Assembly: GCA_035654695.1 (NCBI GenBank) | Contig: DASRWG010000001.1 | Span: forward strand, 7,157-71,156 | From: Gallionella sp. | Lineage (GTDB): Bacteria; Pseudomonadota; Gammaproteobacteria; Burkholderiales; Gallionellaceae | Length of the DNA: 64,000 nt | Reading direction: 5' to 3' | Part shown: in pieces, positions 1 to 12,686 of the stretch | How positions within the stretch are numbered: position 1 is the first letter of the stretch | Layout: the number at the start of each line of letters is the position of its first letter | Translations under genes and position numbers: made by a program | Notes under the pieces: model-generated | What the model was told of the DNA's origin: nothing | What the model saw: only the letters and a program-made list of their open reading frames with translations | Databases searched by the model: none

Positions 1-2
1 CA

Positions 3-338
3 TGGTCGCCTCGAGTGCTGCGTGCGGCGATGGGCGGGCATTTCGCGCTGTCCATTTACGAGGCGTCAGACTTGCTGGCGGTCGCGGCGACATTGCCGGG
101 TACCGTGTTTGCTGCCTCGCTGCACGGCGATGCCAGCCTGTACGACTGCGACCTTTCCGGCGATGTCGCGTTCGCGATCGGCAACGAGGGGGCGGGGCTG
201 TCCGAAGCCTTGCAGGCCGCGGCTTCGCGGCGTTTTACCATCCCCATGCCCGGCAAGGTCGAGTCGCTGAACGCGGCCGCCGCGACCGCGGTCTGCCTGT
301 TCGAGGCGGTAAGACAGCGTTCGACGGGCGTCGCGTAA
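3..338 (+). CDS. TrmH/SpoU-family RNA 2'-O-methyltransferase, C-terminal part (5' truncated by window edge)
   Basis: Frame from nt 3 reads WSPRVLRAAMGGHF...AIGNEGAGLS...IPMPGKVESLNAAAATAVCLFE, the SPOUT/TrmH motifs (GNEGxG, ESLNxxxA). Confidence 0.9.
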   Translation, partial: WSPRVLRAAMGGHFALSIYEASDLLAVAATLPGTVFAASLHGDASLYDCDLSGDVAFAIGNEGAGLSEALQAAASRRFTIPMPGKVESLNAAAATAVCLFEAVRQRSTGVA

Positions 339-349
339 GCTCGATGTCC

Positions 350-377
350 TTGACCAGCCTCGCTTTTTCGTTATAAT
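350..377 (+). promoter_or_regulatory. sigma70-type promoter of the rpsF operon
   Basis: TTGACC (350-355), 16-nt spacer, TATAAT (372-377), upstream of rpsF. Confidence 0.65.
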
Positions 378-410
378 GCGCGCCCCGTAGAGCCGATGGT
401 CGGCTCTCGA

Positions 411-456
411 CCTTGCTCCACCGCTACGCATGGCGGGGGGCTTTAACCGTAAGGAG
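411..456 (+). promoter_or_regulatory. probable S6:S18 autoregulatory leader RNA
   Basis: CCTTGC...CCG-TAAGGAG: CCTTG can pair with TAAGG over the Shine-Dalgarno, with an unpaired CCG. This matches the known rpsF leader architecture. Confidence 0.55.
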
Positions 457-461
457 ATGTA

Positions 462-839
462 ATGCGTCATTACGAAATCGTGTTTATCGTGCATCCCGAT
501 CAGAGCGAGCAAGTGCCCGCGATGATCGAGCGTTATCGCACACTGGTCACTTCCAAGAGCGGTCTGATCCACCGTCTGGAAGACTGGGGTCGCCGCCAGT
601 TGGCTTACCCGATCCAAAAGATTCACAAGGCACACTACGTGCTGATGAATATCGAATGCAACCAGGAAACCCTGGACGAGTTGGAGCATGCATTCCGCTT
701 CAACGATGCTGTGCTGCGTCATCTGACCGTCAAGACCAAGGCTGCCGTCACCGAGCCTTCCGCGATGATGAAGGAAGAGAAGTCCCGCTCCGTGCATAGC
801 GAAGCTGCCGCACCGGCTGCAGAAGCCGCGGCTGCGTAA
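462..839 (+). CDS. rpsF: 30S ribosomal protein S6
   Basis: [25 protein letters not shown]...[22 protein letters not shown]. Confidence 0.99.
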   Translation: MRHYEIVFIVHPDQSEQVPAMIERYRTLVTSKSGLIHRLEDWGRRQLAYPIQKIHKAHYVLMNIECNQETLDELEHAFRFNDAVLRHLTVKTKAAVTEPSAMMKEEKSRSVHSEAAAPAAEAAAA

Positions 840-842
840 GCA

Positions 843-1139
843 TTGGCGCGTAACCAGGTCGTCATCGGCGGAGAGCTGATCGCACTGGATGGTTTGAGGT
901 ACACCCCGGCCGGGGTGGCGAGAGTGGAACTGACATTGCGTCACAGCTCGCAACAGCCCGAAGCGAACGGTACAAGGCAGGTGCAGTGCGAAGTGGATGC
1001 GCTGGCATTTGCCGAAACGGCCCACAAGGTCGCCGGATTCTCGATAGGGCAAACCGTCAAGGTGAAAGGTTTTCTGGCTCAGCGCAGCATGCGCAGTCGG
1101 CAACTGGTTCTGCACATCAACGACATAATTTTGGAATAA
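843..1139 (+). CDS. priB: primosomal replication protein N (PriB), TTG start
   Basis: LRYTPAGV...L.H.S.Q.EA...RQV motif; lies between rpsF and rpsR. Confidence 0.93.
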   Translation: MARNQVVIGGELIALDGLRYTPAGVARVELTLRHSSQQPEANGTRQVQCEVDALAFAETAHKVAGFSIGQTVKVKGFLAQRSMRSRQLVLHINDIILE

Positions 1140-1148
1140 GGAAACATC

Positions 1149-1421
1149 ATGGCTCGTCCTGACAAGAAGAAAGATGACAAGAACAAGCGTTCTTCCCGCA
1201 ACAACCTGTTCAAGCGCCGCAAGTTCTGCCGCTTCACAGTGGATAAGATCGCCGAAGTGGATTACAAGGATGTGAACATCCTCAAGGAATTCATCTCCGA
1301 AAACGGCAAGCTGATCCCGGCTCGCATCACCGGCACCAAGACACGCTACCAGCGTCAATTGAGCACCGCCGTGAAGCGCGCTCGTTTCCTGGCATTGCTG
1401 CCGTACACCGACCTGCATTAA
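1149..1421 (+). CDS. rpsR: 30S ribosomal protein S18
   Basis: [10 protein letters not shown]...DYKDV...[11 protein letters not shown]...ARFLALLPY. Confidence 0.99.
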   Translation: MARPDKKKDDKNKRSSRNNLFKRRKFCRFTVDKIAEVDYKDVNILKEFISENGKLIPARITGTKTRYQRQLSTAVKRARFLALLPYTDLH

Positions 1422-1434
1422 GAAGGAGCAGAAC

Positions 1435-1884
1435 ATGCAAATTATTCTGATGGAAAAAGTGGCCAACGTTGGTCAATTGGGCGATGTGGTCAAGGTCAAG
1501 AACGGCTATGCCCGTAACTTCCTGATCCCGCAAGGCATGGCCAAGCGCGCAACTGCTGCCAACATGGCCGAGTTCGAAGCGCGTCGCGTCGAGATCGAAG
1601 CGGCCGACAAGGCCAAGCTGGCTGACGCACAGGCTCGCGGCGAGAAGCTGGCCGGCGTGACCGTGCAGATCGCACAGAAGGCCGGCGTGGACGGCAAGCT
1701 GTTCGGTTCCGTCACCAATGCCGACATCGCTGCCGCGCTGGTCGCTCAAGGCTACGCTGTCGAGAAGTCTCAAGTGCGCATGCCTGCGGGCCACCTGAAG
1801 CAGATCGGCGATTACCCGATCAGCATCGGTCTGCACACCGATGTGGTCGTGGATATCACCGTCTCGGTGCTGGGCGAACACTAA
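1435..1884 (+). CDS. rplI: 50S ribosomal protein L9
   Basis: [32 protein letters not shown]...GKLFGSVT. Confidence 0.99.
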   Translation: MQIILMEKVANVGQLGDVVKVKNGYARNFLIPQGMAKRATAANMAEFEARRVEIEAADKAKLADAQARGEKLAGVTVQIAQKAGVDGKLFGSVTNADIAAALVAQGYAVEKSQVRMPAGHLKQIGDYPISIGLHTDVVVDITVSVLGEH

Positions 1885-1907
1885 TTCGTCACGTAGCGCG
1901 GCAACAC

Positions 1908-1934
1908 AAAAAGGACTGGCGACAGTCCTTTTTT
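1908..1934 (+). terminator. intrinsic (probably bidirectional) terminator after rplI
   Basis: AAAAAGGACTG-GCGA-CAGTCCTTTTTT hairpin with U tract. Confidence 0.85.
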
Positions 1935-2001
1935 GTTGTCCTCTGTTTTTGCCGGGCGGGTTAAAATGCCTCCCGATTACACCTTGGATCAACATCTGCC
2001 A

Positions 2002-3396
2002 ATGAACAATTTCTCGGGCGCCGACGCGCAACTCGAACAGATCAAGCTGCCCCCGCACTCGGTGGAGGCGGAGCAGTCGGTGCTGGGCGGATTGCTGCTC
2101 GAAGCGGGTGCGCTGGACAAGATCATTGATCTGATTTTCGACAGCGACTTCTATCGTCAGGAGCATAGGCTGATCTATCGCCAGATCGTGCGCCTGAGCG
2201 AGCAGGCTAAGCCGGTGGACGTGATCACCGTCGCCGAAGCGCTGGAGAATGCCGGCGAGCTGGACAAGGCCGGCGGCCTGCCTTACCTCGGCAGCCTCGC
2301 GCAGAACGTGCCGTCTGCAGCGAACATTCGCCGTTATGGCGAGATCGTGCGCGAGCGTTCGATCATGCGCAAGCTGGTCGAGGTCGGCAGCGAGATCGCC
2401 AGTAGTGCTTACAACCCGACAGGGCGCGATGCCGGACAATTGCTGGATGAGGCGGAGAGCAAGGTGTTTGAGATCGCCGAGGCCGGTTCCAAGGGCAAGC
2501 AGGGTTTCTTTTCGATGCCGCCGTTGCTGACGGAGGTGGTCGAGCGCATCGAGACCTTGTACGGTCGCGAAAATCACAGCGAAGTGACCGGCACTGCGAC
2601 GGGTTACACGGATCTGGATCGGATGACTTCCGGATTGCAGCCGGGAGATTTGATTATCGTTGCCGGGCGTCCGAGTATGGGTAAAACCGCCTTCTCGATC
2701 AATATTGCGGAGAACGTTGCGCTGGATGGCAAGCCGGTCGCGATCTACAGTATGGAAATGGGGGCGGCACAGTTGGTGATGCGTATGCTGGGCTCGGTCG
2801 GCAAGTTGAATCAACACGACTTGCGCACCGGACGTCTGCAGGATGACGATTGGGGTCGATTGACCCACGCGCTGGGGCGACTCAACGATGCGCCCATCTT
2901 CATCGACGAGACACCGGGTCTGTCCGCGCTGGAACTTCGCGCGCGCTCGCGCCGCCTGCATCGGCAGCATGGCGAGCTGGGGTTGATCGTGGTGGACTAT
3001 CTGCAGTTGATGAGCGGGAATGCGGGCAAGGCGAGCGAGAATCGCGCCACCGAAATTTCGGAAATTTCGCGTTCGCTGAAGGCGCTGGCGAAAGAACTGC
3101 ATGTGCCGGTGATCGCGCTGTCGCAGCTGAACCGAAGTCTGGAGCAGCGTCCCAACAAGCGCCCGGTGATGTCCGACTTGCGCGAGTCCGGCGCTATCGA
3201 ACAGGATGCGGACCTGATTCTGTTCATCTATCGCGACGAAGTCTACAACAAGGAGTCGCCGGACAAGGGTAAGGCCGAGATTATCATCGGCAAGCAGCGT
3301 AACGGTCCTATCGGTACGGTAGGCCTGGCGTTCCGCGGCGAGTACACTCGTTTCGAAAATCTGGCCGAAGGTGGCTATATCGATAGCGCGTATTAA
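2002..3396 (+). CDS. dnaB: replicative DNA helicase DnaB (start could be 1966)
   Basis: LPPHSVEAEQSVLGGLL; Walker A AGRPSMGKT; IVVDYLQLM; DLRESGAIEQDAD; KQRNGPIG. Confidence 0.98.
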   Translation: MNNFSGADAQLEQIKLPPHSVEAEQSVLGGLLLEAGALDKIIDLIFDSDFYRQEHRLIYRQIVRLSEQAKPVDVITVAEALENAGELDKAGGLPYLGSLAQNVPSAANIRRYGEIVRERSIMRKLVEVGSEIASSAYNPTGRDAGQLLDEAESKVFEIAEAGSKGKQGFFSMPPLLTEVVERIETLYGRENHSEVTGTATGYTDLDRMTSGLQPGDLIIVAGRPSMGKTAFSINIAENVALDGKPVAIYSMEMGAAQLVMRMLGSVGKLNQHDLRTGRLQDDDWGRLTHALGRLNDAPIFIDETPGLSALELRARSRRLHRQHGELGLIVVDYLQLMSGNAGKASENRATEISEISRSLKALAKELHVPVIALSQLNRSLEQRPNKRPVMSDLRESGAIEQDADLILFIYRDEVYNKESPDKGKAEIIIGKQRNGPIGTVGLAFRGEYTRFENLAEGGYIDSAY

Positions 3397-3465
3397 ACAT
3401 ATTTGAAAATAACGCACGATTTTGTTTGAAGCGCGAAATCCTTTTGTGTACAATGCGGCCTCTTT

Positions 3466-3542
3466 AGGCGCGTAGCTCAGCTGGTTAGAGCACTACCTTG
3501 ACATGGTAGGGGTCGTTGGTTCGAGTCCAATCGTGCCTACCA
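3466..3542 (+). tRNA. tRNA-Val(GAC)
   Basis: 77-nt cloverleaf AGGCGCG...CGTGCCT-ACCA; anticodon arm CTACC-TTGACAT-GGTAG; GGTTCGAGTCC T-arm. Confidence 0.97.
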
Positions 3543-3550
3543 ACACTTCG

Positions 3551-3579
3551 AGTGCGGCAATGCCGCACTTTGTATTTTC
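3551..3579 (+). terminator. hairpin/terminator after tRNA-Val
   Basis: AGTGCGGCA-A-TGCCGCACT followed by a T-rich tract. Confidence 0.55.
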
Positions 3580-3592
3580 AGGAAGCAAAAAC

Positions 3593-5506
3593 ATGCCTGT
3601 CATCACCTTGCCGGATGGTTCGCAGCGTAGTTTTGATCAATCTGTTACTGTCGCTGCAGTTGCGGCAAGCATAGGTGCTGGTCTCGCCCGTGCCGCGCTG
3701 GCTGGCAAGGTGGACGGCAAGATGGTCGATACCTCGTATCTGATCGAGCAGGACGTACAGCTTGCGATCATCACCGACAAGGATGCAGACGGCGTCGAGA
3801 TCATTCGCCATTCGACCGCGCACCTGCTGGCCCATGCGGTGAAGGAGTTGTTCCCGGATGCGCAGGTGACCATCGGGCCGGTGATTGAGAACGGCTTCTA
3901 TTACGATTTTTCCTACAAGCGTCCGTTCACGCCGGAAGACTTGACGGCGATCGAGAAGCGCATGGCCGAGATCGCCAAGCTGGATTTGCCGGTGGCGCGC
4001 CGTGTGCTGCCGCGCGACGAGGCGGTCAGCTATTTCAAGCATATCGGCGAGCAGTACAAGGCCGAGATCATCGAGTCGATTCCCGCGGACCAGGATGTGT
4101 CGCTGTACAGTGAAGGCGAGTTCACCGATCTGTGTCGTGGCCCGCATGTGCCGTCGACCGGCAAGCTGAAGGCGTTCAAGCTGATGAAGGTGGCCGGCGC
4201 CTACTGGCGCGGCGATTCGAAGAACGAGATGCTGCAGCGCATCTACGGCACGGCCTGGGCGAAGAAGGAAGAGCTCGAAGCTTATCTGCACCAGCTCGAA
4301 GAGGCCGAGAAGCGCGATCACCGCAAGCTCGGCAAGCAGCTGGAACTGTTCCATATGCAGGATTCTTCTCCCGGCATGGTGTTCTGGCATCCCAAGGGTT
4401 GGACGCTGTGGCAGGAAGTCGAGCAATACATGCGCCGCAAATTCCGCAGCCACGGCTATCAGGAAGTGCGCACGCCGACCATCATGGATCGCACGCTGTG
4501 GGAGAAGTCCGGTCACTGGGATAACTATCGCGACAACATGTTTACGACGGCATCGGAGAATCGCGACTACGCGGTGAAGCCGATGAACTGCCCGGGCCAT
4601 GTGCAGATTTTCAACCACGGCCTGCACAGCTATCGCGACCTGCCGTTGCGTCTGGCGGAATTTGGCTCCTGCCACCGCAACGAGACCTCAGGTTCGCTGC
4701 ACGGCCTGATGCGTGTGCGCGGTTTCACCCAGGACGATGCGCATATCTTCTGCACCGAAGATCAGGTGCAGTCCGAAGTGTCGAATTTCATTGTGATGCT
4801 GAACGAGGTGTACCGCGACTTCGGCTTCAACGAGGTGCTGGTCAAGCTGTCTACCCGTCCGGAGAAGCGCGTCGGTTCCGACGAAACCTGGGACAAGGCC
4901 GAAGCCGGCCTGGCGGCCGCGCTGCAGCAGAATGCGCTGGCTTACGATCTTCAGCCGGGCGAGGGCGCGTTCTACGGTCCCAAGGTCGAGTTTACGCTGA
5001 AGGACAGCCTCGGCCGCCTGTGGCAATGCGGCACGATCCAGCTGGACTTCAATCTGCCGGTGCGTCTGGATGCGGAATTCGTCGACGAGGACAATAGCCG
5101 CAAGCCGCCGGTGATGCTGCATCGCGCGATCCTCGGATCGATGGAGCGCTTCATTGGCATCCTGATCGAACACCATGCGGGCGCGTTCCCGCTGTGGCTG
5201 TCGCCGATGCAGGTGGTGCTGATGAATATCTCGCAGGCGCAGGAGGGCTATGCGACTGAAATCGCGCAAGCCTTGCGCGATGCCGGGTTGCGCGTGCAAT
5301 TGGATTTGCGCAATGAAAAGATTACCTATAAAATACGCGAACATAGCTTGCAGAAATTGCCTTATCAGCTGATCGTCGGCGATAAGGAGATGGCTGGAAG
5401 ATTGGTGGCCGTGCGTACCCGCAGTGGTGAGGATCTCGGACAGATGTCGCTGGAAGCGTTGATTCAGCGGCTTCAGGCAGAGACGAAGTCGGGCAGCACG
5501 GTTTAA
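3593..5506 (+). CDS. thrS: threonine--tRNA ligase
   Basis: [13 protein letters not shown] domain; [56 protein letters not shown]. Confidence 0.99.
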   Translation: MPVITLPDGSQRSFDQSVTVAAVAASIGAGLARAALAGKVDGKMVDTSYLIEQDVQLAIITDKDADGVEIIRHSTAHLLAHAVKELFPDAQVTIGPVIENGFYYDFSYKRPFTPEDLTAIEKRMAEIAKLDLPVARRVLPRDEAVSYFKHIGEQYKAEIIESIPADQDVSLYSEGEFTDLCRGPHVPSTGKLKAFKLMKVAGAYWRGDSKNEMLQRIYGTAWAKKEELEAYLHQLEEAEKRDHRKLGKQLELFHMQDSSPGMVFWHPKGWTLWQEVEQYMRRKFRSHGYQEVRTPTIMDRTLWEKSGHWDNYRDNMFTTASENRDYAVKPMNCPGHVQIFNHGLHSYRDLPLRLAEFGSCHRNETSGSLHGLMRVRGFTQDDAHIFCTEDQVQSEVSNFIVMLNEVYRDFGFNEVLVKLSTRPEKRVGSDETWDKAEAGLAAALQQNALAYDLQPGEGAFYGPKVEFTLKDSLGRLWQCGTIQLDFNLPVRLDAEFVDEDNSRKPPVMLHRAILGSMERFIGILIEHHAGAFPLWLSPMQVVLMNISQAQEGYATEIAQALRDAGLRVQLDLRNEKITYKIREHSLQKLPYQLIVGDKEMAGRLVAVRTRSGEDLGQMSLEALIQRLQAETKSGSTV

Positions 5507-5527
5507 TTTTGCCTAACGGAGACAGCA

Positions 5528-6052
5528 ATAGCACAGGATAAATCGCAACGCTTGAATGAGATGATTACCGCACCGCAAGTGCGCCTCATTGGAGCAGAAA
5601 AAGAGCCCCTCGGGATTGTGTCTATCGCGGAAGCCTTGCGCCTCGCGGACGAAGCGGAGCTGGATCTGGTGGAGATCTCGCCGCTGGCGGAGCCGCCGGT
5701 GTGTCGCATCATGGATTTCGGCAAGTTCAAGTATGCCGAGAGCAAGAAGCTGCACGAAGCCAAGCTCAAGCAGAAGCAGGTCCAGATCAAGGAAATCAAG
5801 TTCCGTCCAGGCACCGATGAAGGCGATTACAACATCAAGTTGCGCAACCTGATCAAGTTTCTGGATGACGGCGACAAGACCAAGATCACTCTGCGTTTCC
5901 GAGGCCGCGAAATGGCCCACCAGGAAATCGGCATGCGCCTGATCGAACGCATCAAGGCGGATCTGGAGGAGCATGGCGTGGTCGAGCAGTTTCCGAAGAT
6001 GGAAGGTCGCCAGATGGTGATGGTGCTGTCGCCCAAGGCGAAGAAGAAATAA
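5528..6052 (+). CDS. infC: translation initiation factor IF-3, non-canonical ATA start
   Basis: In-frame ATA at 5528 after GGAG gives (M)[43 protein letters not shown]. Confidence 0.96.
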   Translation: MAQDKSQRLNEMITAPQVRLIGAEKEPLGIVSIAEALRLADEAELDLVEISPLAEPPVCRIMDFGKFKYAESKKLHEAKLKQKQVQIKEIKFRPGTDEGDYNIKLRNLIKFLDDGDKTKITLRFRGREMAHQEIGMRLIERIKADLEEHGVVEQFPKMEGRQMVMVLSPKAKKK

Positions 6053-6185
6053 AGTTTAGTCGTGCCGGCTGAAGGGGATGGCCGGGGCGATGGAAGAGCA
6101 GCAAACATCCCTGATAAAAAGTGGTGTACGGGTCGTCAAGTTTTTCCACCGGAAAACACCTTCCACCATAACTTAAGGAGCAGTC

Positions 6186-6383
6186 ATGCCTAAGATGAAA
6201 ACCAAGAGCAGCGCGAAGAAGCGTTTCGTCGTTCGCGCTGGTGGCAGCATCAAGCGCGGTCAAGCGTTCAAGCGCCACATCCTGACCAAGAAGACAACCA
6301 AGAGCAAGCGTCAACTGCGCGGTGCAACCGGTGTCCATGAGACCAACACGGCGTCCGTGCGCGCCATGATGCCATACGCATAA
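6186..6383 (+). CDS. rpmI: 50S ribosomal protein L35
   Basis: [14 protein letters not shown]...[15 protein letters not shown]. Confidence 0.99.
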   Translation: MPKMKTKSSAKKRFVVRAGGSIKRGQAFKRHILTKKTTKSKRQLRGATGVHETNTASVRAMMPYA

Positions 6384-6393
6384 GGAGTAGATC

Positions 6394-6753
6394 ATGCCAA
6401 GAGTAAAACGTGGTGTAGTAGCGCGCGCAAGTCACAAGAAGGTTCTGGCCCTGGCCAAGGGTTACCGCGGTCGCCGCAAGAACGTCTATCGCATCGCCAA
6501 GCAGGCGGTGATGAAGGCAGGCCAGTATGCCTACCGTGACCGTCGTCAGAAGAAGCGTCAGTTCCGTACCCTGTGGATCGCCCGTATCAACGCGGCGGCT
6601 CGCGAGCAGGGCATGAGCTACAGCGTGTTCATGAACGGCCTGAAGAAGGCGGAGATCAATGTCGACCGCAAGGTGCTGGCAGACATCGCCGTGTTCGACA
6701 AGGCGGCCTTTGCACAATTCGTGGTGCAAGCAAAAGCCAGCCTCGGCGTTTAA
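6394..6753 (+). CDS. rplT: 50S ribosomal protein L20
   Basis: MPRVKRGV...AKGYRGRR...[24 protein letters not shown]. Confidence 0.99.
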   Translation: MPRVKRGVVARASHKKVLALAKGYRGRRKNVYRIAKQAVMKAGQYAYRDRRQKKRQFRTLWIARINAAAREQGMSYSVFMNGLKKAEINVDRKVLADIAVFDKAAFAQFVVQAKASLGV

Positions 6754-6764
6754 GCGCAAGCTAA

Positions 6765-7853
<1,089 letters not shown>

Positions 7854-7855
7854 CT

Positions 7856-10210
7856 ATGCAATTCTCTGAATCCTGGTTGCGCACCCTCGTGAATCCTTCG
7901 CTGTCCAGCGAGGAGTTGTCGCATCTTTTGACCATGGCTGGACTGGAAGTGGAGGAGATGACCCCGGTCGCGCCCGCTTTCGAGAAGGTCGTCGTGGCCG
8001 AGGTGCTGACCAAAGACAAACACCCCGATGCAGACAGGCTGAATGTGCTGACGGTGAACGTCGGTTTGCCTGAGCCGCTGACTATCGTGTGCGGCGCGGC
8101 CAATGTGACTGTCGGCATGAAGGCCCCCTGTGCGCTGGTCGGCGCGAAGTTGCCGGGTATAGAGATCAAGCAGGCCAAGGTGCGCGGCGTCGCGTCCTTC
8201 GGCATGATGTGCTCCGACAAGGAACTTGGTCTGGCGGAAGAAAGCGCCGGCCTGATGGTGCTGGCCGCTGACGCGGTGGTCGGGCAGAGCATACGGGAGC
8301 ATCTCGATCTGGACGATCATCTGATCACGCTCAAGCTCACGCCGAATCGCTGCGATTGCCTGTCGTTGCACGGCATCGCACGCGAAGTGGCCGCGTTGAC
8401 CGGCACCGGGATGCAAGCCGTTCCGGAAGCCTCTTTTGCCCAGTCCGGCAGCCAGAGCCGCAAGGTCAAAGTCAGTGCTCCTGCAGCATGTCCGCGTTAC
8501 ACCGGTCGAGTGATCTCCGGCGTGAACGCCAAGGCGGCGACACCGGCCTGGATGGTCAAGCGTCTGGAGCGTTGCGGCCTGCGCAGCATCAGCGCGCTGG
8601 TCGACGTGACCAACTACATGCTGCTGGAACTGGGGCAGCCGCTGCACGCGTTCGATCTGAACAAATTGTCCGGCGACATCGAGGTGCGTTTCGCCCGCGC
8701 CGGGGAGAGTCTGAAGCTGCTGAACGAGCTGACGGTGGAACTGCAGGACGACATGCTGGTGATCGCCGACGGCAAGGGACCGGTCGCACTGGCCGGCGTG
8801 ATGGGCGGTGCGGACAGCGCGGTCGACGACGCGACCACCGAGATATTTCTGGAGAGCGCGTTCTTCGCACCGAGCGTGATCGTCGGCAAGTCGCGCCGTC
8901 TGGGCTTCAGTTCCGATTCTTCCTATCGTTTCGAGCGCGGTGTGGATTTTGCGTCCACGCAGGCGGCGCTGGATCGCGCGACGCAATTGATCCTGGAAAT
9001 CTGCGGCGGTCAGGCCGGAGCAGTCACCGAGGCGGCGGGACAGTTGCCGGTGCGTCATCCGGTGAAACTGCGCGCTTCGCGCGTCCATCGCGTGCTGGGC
9101 GTCGCGCTGGAGTCCGATGCGATCACGTCTATCCTGGCGCGCCTCGGCATGGTGTTCGAGCAGAAGGGCGATGAATTTTTGGTGACGCCGCCTAGCTATC
9201 GCTTCGACATCGCGATCGAGGAAGACCTGATCGAAGAGGTCGCTCGCGTCCACGGCTATGAGCACATCCCGGCGGTGCCGACGCAGGCGCGCATGAGCAT
9301 CCTGCCGCGGGTCGAGGCTGAGCGTCCGCTGGCGAAACTGCGCCAACTGATGGTATCGCGCGACTATCAGGAGGCCATCACCTATTCCTTCGTGGAAGCC
9401 GAGTGGGAGCGAGACCTGTGCGGCAACACCGCGCCCGTCGCGCTGAAGAACCCCATCGCTAGCCAGATGAGCGTGATGCGCAGCAGTCTGCTGGGCGGGC
9501 TGGTCGGCGCGTTGCGCGCCAATCTCGCACGCAAGCAGCCGCGCGTGCGCCTGTTCGAGATCGGCGGCTGTTTCGCCGCCGAGGCGGGCAGCTATACCCA
9601 GCACGAGCGTCTGGCCGGACTGGCCTATGGCGATGTCCAGCCCGAGCAATGGGGTGTTCCGGCGCGCGGCGTGGACTTCTACGACGTCAAGGGCGACGTC
9701 GAGGCGCTGTTCGCGCCGCGCACGCTGAGCTTCCAGGCGGCGCAGCATCCCGCCTCTCATCCCGGGCGTTCGGCGCGCATCCTGCTGGACGGGCGTGTAA
9801 TCGGCTGGATGGGCGAGATGCATCCGCAATGGCAGCAGCAATACGGCTTGCCGCAGGCGGTCGTGTGGTTCGAGGTCGAACTGGAAGCGCTGGCGCAGAG
9901 CCACGTGCCGAGGGCAAAAGACGTCTCGCGCTTCCCGCCGGTGCGTCGCGACCTCGCGGTGCTGGTGGACGAGACAGTCGATGCGCAGAGCCTGCTGGAT
10001 GCGATGTGCGGAGCTTCCGCCCCCTTCGTTGTCGACATTGGTTTGTTCGACGTGTATCGCGGCAAGGGCGTGGAGCAAGGCAAAAAAAGCCTTGCATTCC
10101 GTGTGTTATTACAAGATACTCAGAAAACACTTACGGACTCGGAAATCGAGCCAAGCGTCGCCTCGCTGGTGGCGGTGCTGCAACAAAACGGCGCGCAACT
10201 GCGCGTGTAG
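7856..10210 (+). CDS. pheT: phenylalanine--tRNA ligase beta subunit
   Basis: [47 protein letters not shown]. Confidence 0.99.
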   Translation: MQFSESWLRTLVNPSLSSEELSHLLTMAGLEVEEMTPVAPAFEKVVVAEVLTKDKHPDADRLNVLTVNVGLPEPLTIVCGAANVTVGMKAPCALVGAKLPGIEIKQAKVRGVASFGMMCSDKELGLAEESAGLMVLAADAVVGQSIREHLDLDDHLITLKLTPNRCDCLSLHGIAREVAALTGTGMQAVPEASFAQSGSQSRKVKVSAPAACPRYTGRVISGVNAKAATPAWMVKRLERCGLRSISALVDVTNYMLLELGQPLHAFDLNKLSGDIEVRFARAGESLKLLNELTVELQDDMLVIADGKGPVALAGVMGGADSAVDDATTEIFLESAFFAPSVIVGKSRRLGFSSDSSYRFERGVDFASTQAALDRATQLILEICGGQAGAVTEAAGQLPVRHPVKLRASRVHRVLGVALESDAITSILARLGMVFEQKGDEFLVTPPSYRFDIAIEEDLIEEVARVHGYEHIPAVPTQARMSILPRVEAERPLAKLRQLMVSRDYQEAITYSFVEAEWERDLCGNTAPVALKNPIASQMSVMRSSLLGGLVGALRANLARKQPRVRLFEIGGCFAAEAGSYTQHERLAGLAYGDVQPEQWGVPARGVDFYDVKGDVEALFAPRTLSFQAAQHPASHPGRSARILLDGRVIGWMGEMHPQWQQQYGLPQAVVWFEVELEALAQSHVPRAKDVSRFPPVRRDLAVLVDETVDAQSLLDAMCGASAPFVVDIGLFDVYRGKGVEQGKKSLAFRVLLQDTQKTLTDSEIEPSVASLVAVLQQNGAQLRV

Positions 10211-10218
10211 GGGAGAAA

Positions 10219-10530
10219 ATGATTTCGACGTTGACCAAGGCCGAACTGGCCGATTTGCTGTTTGACAAGGTTGGACTCAACAAGCGCGAGGCCAAGGATA
10301 TGGTGGAAGCATTCTTCGAGGAGATCCGTTCCCAGCTCGAAAAGGGCGAGAGCGTGAAGCTTTCCGGCTTCGGCAACTTCCAGTTGCGCGACAAGCCGCA
10401 GCGCCCGGGCCGCAACCCCAAGACCGGCGAAGAGATCCCGATCACCGCGCGCCGCGTCGTGACCTTTCATCCCAGCCAGAAGCTGAAGACCATGGTGGAA
10501 AAGTCCTATCATGGAACCCCACAAGCCTAA
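10219..10530 (+). CDS. ihfA: integration host factor alpha subunit
   Basis: LTKAELAD...[38 protein letters not shown]; follows pheT. Confidence 0.98.
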   Translation: MISTLTKAELADLLFDKVGLNKREAKDMVEAFFEEIRSQLEKGESVKLSGFGNFQLRDKPQRPGRNPKTGEEIPITARRVVTFHPSQKLKTMVEKSYHGTPQA

Positions 10531-10909
10531 TTCCGAACTCCCGCCGATCCCGGCCAAGCGCTACTTCACCATCGGGGAAGTCAGCGAATTGTGCGGGGTC
10601 AAGGCGCATGTGCTGCGCTACTGGGAGCAGGAATTCACCCAGCTCAAACCCGTCAAGCGCAGCGGCAACCGCCGCTACTATCAGCACCACGAGGTGCTGC
10701 TGATCCGCCGCATCCGCGAACTGCTGTACGAGCAGGGATTTACGATCAGCGGCGCGCGCAATCGTCTGGAAAGTCAGGCGCACGGTGCTGCCGACAATGC
10801 CACACCGGCACCAGCTGCCGCACCGGTTGCCTCCTCCGCATACGCGAATGTCGATCTCGCCGCCGTGCGCCGCGAAATACGCGACATCATCTCGCTGCTG
10901 GAAGCATAA
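10511..10909 (+). CDS. MerR-family HTH transcriptional regulator (conserved partner of ihfA)
   Basis: [33 protein letters not shown]...RRYY...LLY..GFTISGA. Confidence 0.93.
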   Translation: MEPHKPNSELPPIPAKRYFTIGEVSELCGVKAHVLRYWEQEFTQLKPVKRSGNRRYYQHHEVLLIRRIRELLYEQGFTISGARNRLESQAHGAADNATPAPAAAPVASSAYANVDLAAVRREIRDIISLLEA

Positions 10910-10950
10910 AACGCTGGCTCATTCGCGCCGCTCTGCTATAATTCGTGCCC

Positions 10951-11028
<78 letters not shown>

Positions 11029-11032
11029 GTAT

Positions 11033-11045
11033 AATCAACAACTTA
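11033..11045 (+). promoter_or_regulatory. IHF-binding consensus immediately downstream of tRNA-Pro (att-site associated)
   Basis: AATCAACAACTTA matches WATCAANNNNTTR exactly, 4 nt after the tRNA CCA. Confidence 0.6.
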
Positions 11046-12107
11046 CGTCTATTTTTCTCCTCTTGTGGCGGTGTCAGTGAACATCGCGTCATTCTTCCCG
11101 CGTTCCTTTGCTCGCCACTTGAAATTGGATCGAGCCAAACGGCCCACAGTCCGTGCAGCATCCTCAGTTTGGTGTACAGGCGCAGGCCATTAGGCAATTT
11201 CCAACAGTAAGGCGTGGCAATTGGTCGGTGTGATGCCTGAGCAGGCCTGAAGATGGGCGGTCATCAACGGCGGGGGCGCAGCGATAAGAGCCACGATGCC
11301 TAGCGTGATGTTCCGGAATCTCGCCGCCCGGGTTCTATCTGAGGCTGGTCGACGAACATCGAATGCCGCTGATCGAAAATACTATCCCCGAGGTGCTCTC
11401 CGGTCTACAGATGAAGGGCGATTAGCTGCATCCGAATGCAGAAGGACATGCGTTGCTGGTGGGGAAAATATTCGATGCCATGCGGGCTATCGGGTAGGTG
11501 TGCTAGCCGGTGAAAATCGCGTGGGTGCGGCGATGTGCGATGTTGATGGCCTTGTTTCTTTAATGCCGCACCCGTATCTGCATGCCGGACATGTCTCAGA
11601 TTCCGCGAGATAATTACTACATTAAGCAGCTTTAATTTCCTTAATTTCTTTCCCGATTCTTCGTTTCAATTAAGCCCCGCTGACACAAATTCGGTCATTG
11701 CGCAATATGCCGAAATGCATATGTATTTCGGCCTGAGTGCATAGATATTTGATCGAAATATCTATGTAATTCATGTAACTATATAGATATTCTTCGTTGT
11801 TGACTAAGCGCCCCAAGGTCAATAACAATCCGCGTCCGGTTGTGGGGACGGCATTCGTCATAGAGCCTCGCAACATGTAGCTCCATTCACGCCAAAGACA
11901 AAACCTTGAACAGCCAGGCCTGGAATGGGGCAAGCAGGAATGCTGCACCCATACACAAGTAAAAATAACAACAGTAGCAGCTGCTGCGGTATATCGAAGC
12001 TCAGGGGCCTTTGTTCAGGAATGCTTGTCGCCACGCGGGATCAACCGTCACTGGCGAATCGGCTTTACCCGGTTTCGTTCTATCGCGGCAGCTTGAACAG
12101 GGAAAAA

Positions 12108-12674
12108 ATGATACACGCTGCCGTATCTCATATTGCCAATCAACTGAACCAGTTCCTGAAAAGGTCGTTCGACCTCAATGAGGATGTGGTTGTGCTATCC
12201 AACATCATGGAGCAGGACGGTACGCTGGCTCCCAATATCAATAACAAGCTGGTCGTGTTTCTGGTCAATATCGAGAAAGAAACAACCTCTTCGCGTCCGG
12301 GCAATCCGGGCAGTTTCGAGCGTTCCGCTTCGAGCTATCCGCCGGTGTATCTGAACCTGTATGTCATGGTTGCGGGGAATTTCGCTTGCAGCAATTACGC
12401 CGAGGCGCTCAAGTTTCTGTCGAACACGGTCAGCTTCTTCCAGCGACAACCGGTGTTCGATCATCAGGTGACTCCCGAGCTGGACAAGAGAATCAACAAA
12501 CTGGCGTTGGATATCGAGAACCTGAACATCCAGGACTTGAGCAGCCTGTGGGGGATATTGAGCGGGAAATACCAGCCGTCCATCTTGTACAAGGTCAGGA
12601 TGGTCTCATTCGATTCCGGAGATGTGATGAGCCAGCTTTCGCCGATCAAGGGATATCAGGGTTCGGTGACTTGA
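12108..12674 (+). CDS. DUF4255 / Afp16-Pvc16-like CIS tail terminator (cap) protein
   Basis: MIHAAVSHIANQLNQFL...LVVFLVNIEKE...PPVYLNLYVM...Y.EALKFLS...FFQ..PVF...LWGILSGKYQPSILYKVRMV. Confidence 0.9.
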   Translation: MIHAAVSHIANQLNQFLKRSFDLNEDVVVLSNIMEQDGTLAPNINNKLVVFLVNIEKETTSSRPGNPGSFERSASSYPPVYLNLYVMVAGNFACSNYAEALKFLSNTVSFFQRQPVFDHQVTPELDKRINKLALDIENLNIQDLSSLWGILSGKYQPSILYKVRMVSFDSGDVMSQLSPIKGYQGSVT

Positions 12675-12686
12675 GCCGGGGATGCC

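Noticed and set aside
11050-11210. Possible integrase C-terminal remnant on the minus strand (..VHQTEDAARTVGRL..)
   Set aside because: No recognisable R-H-R-H/Y catalytic residues; similarity too weak to call by eye.
11296-11948. ORFs 11296-11613 (+) and 11670-11948 (-)
   Set aside because: No motifs, no SD and atypical composition; probably non-coding.
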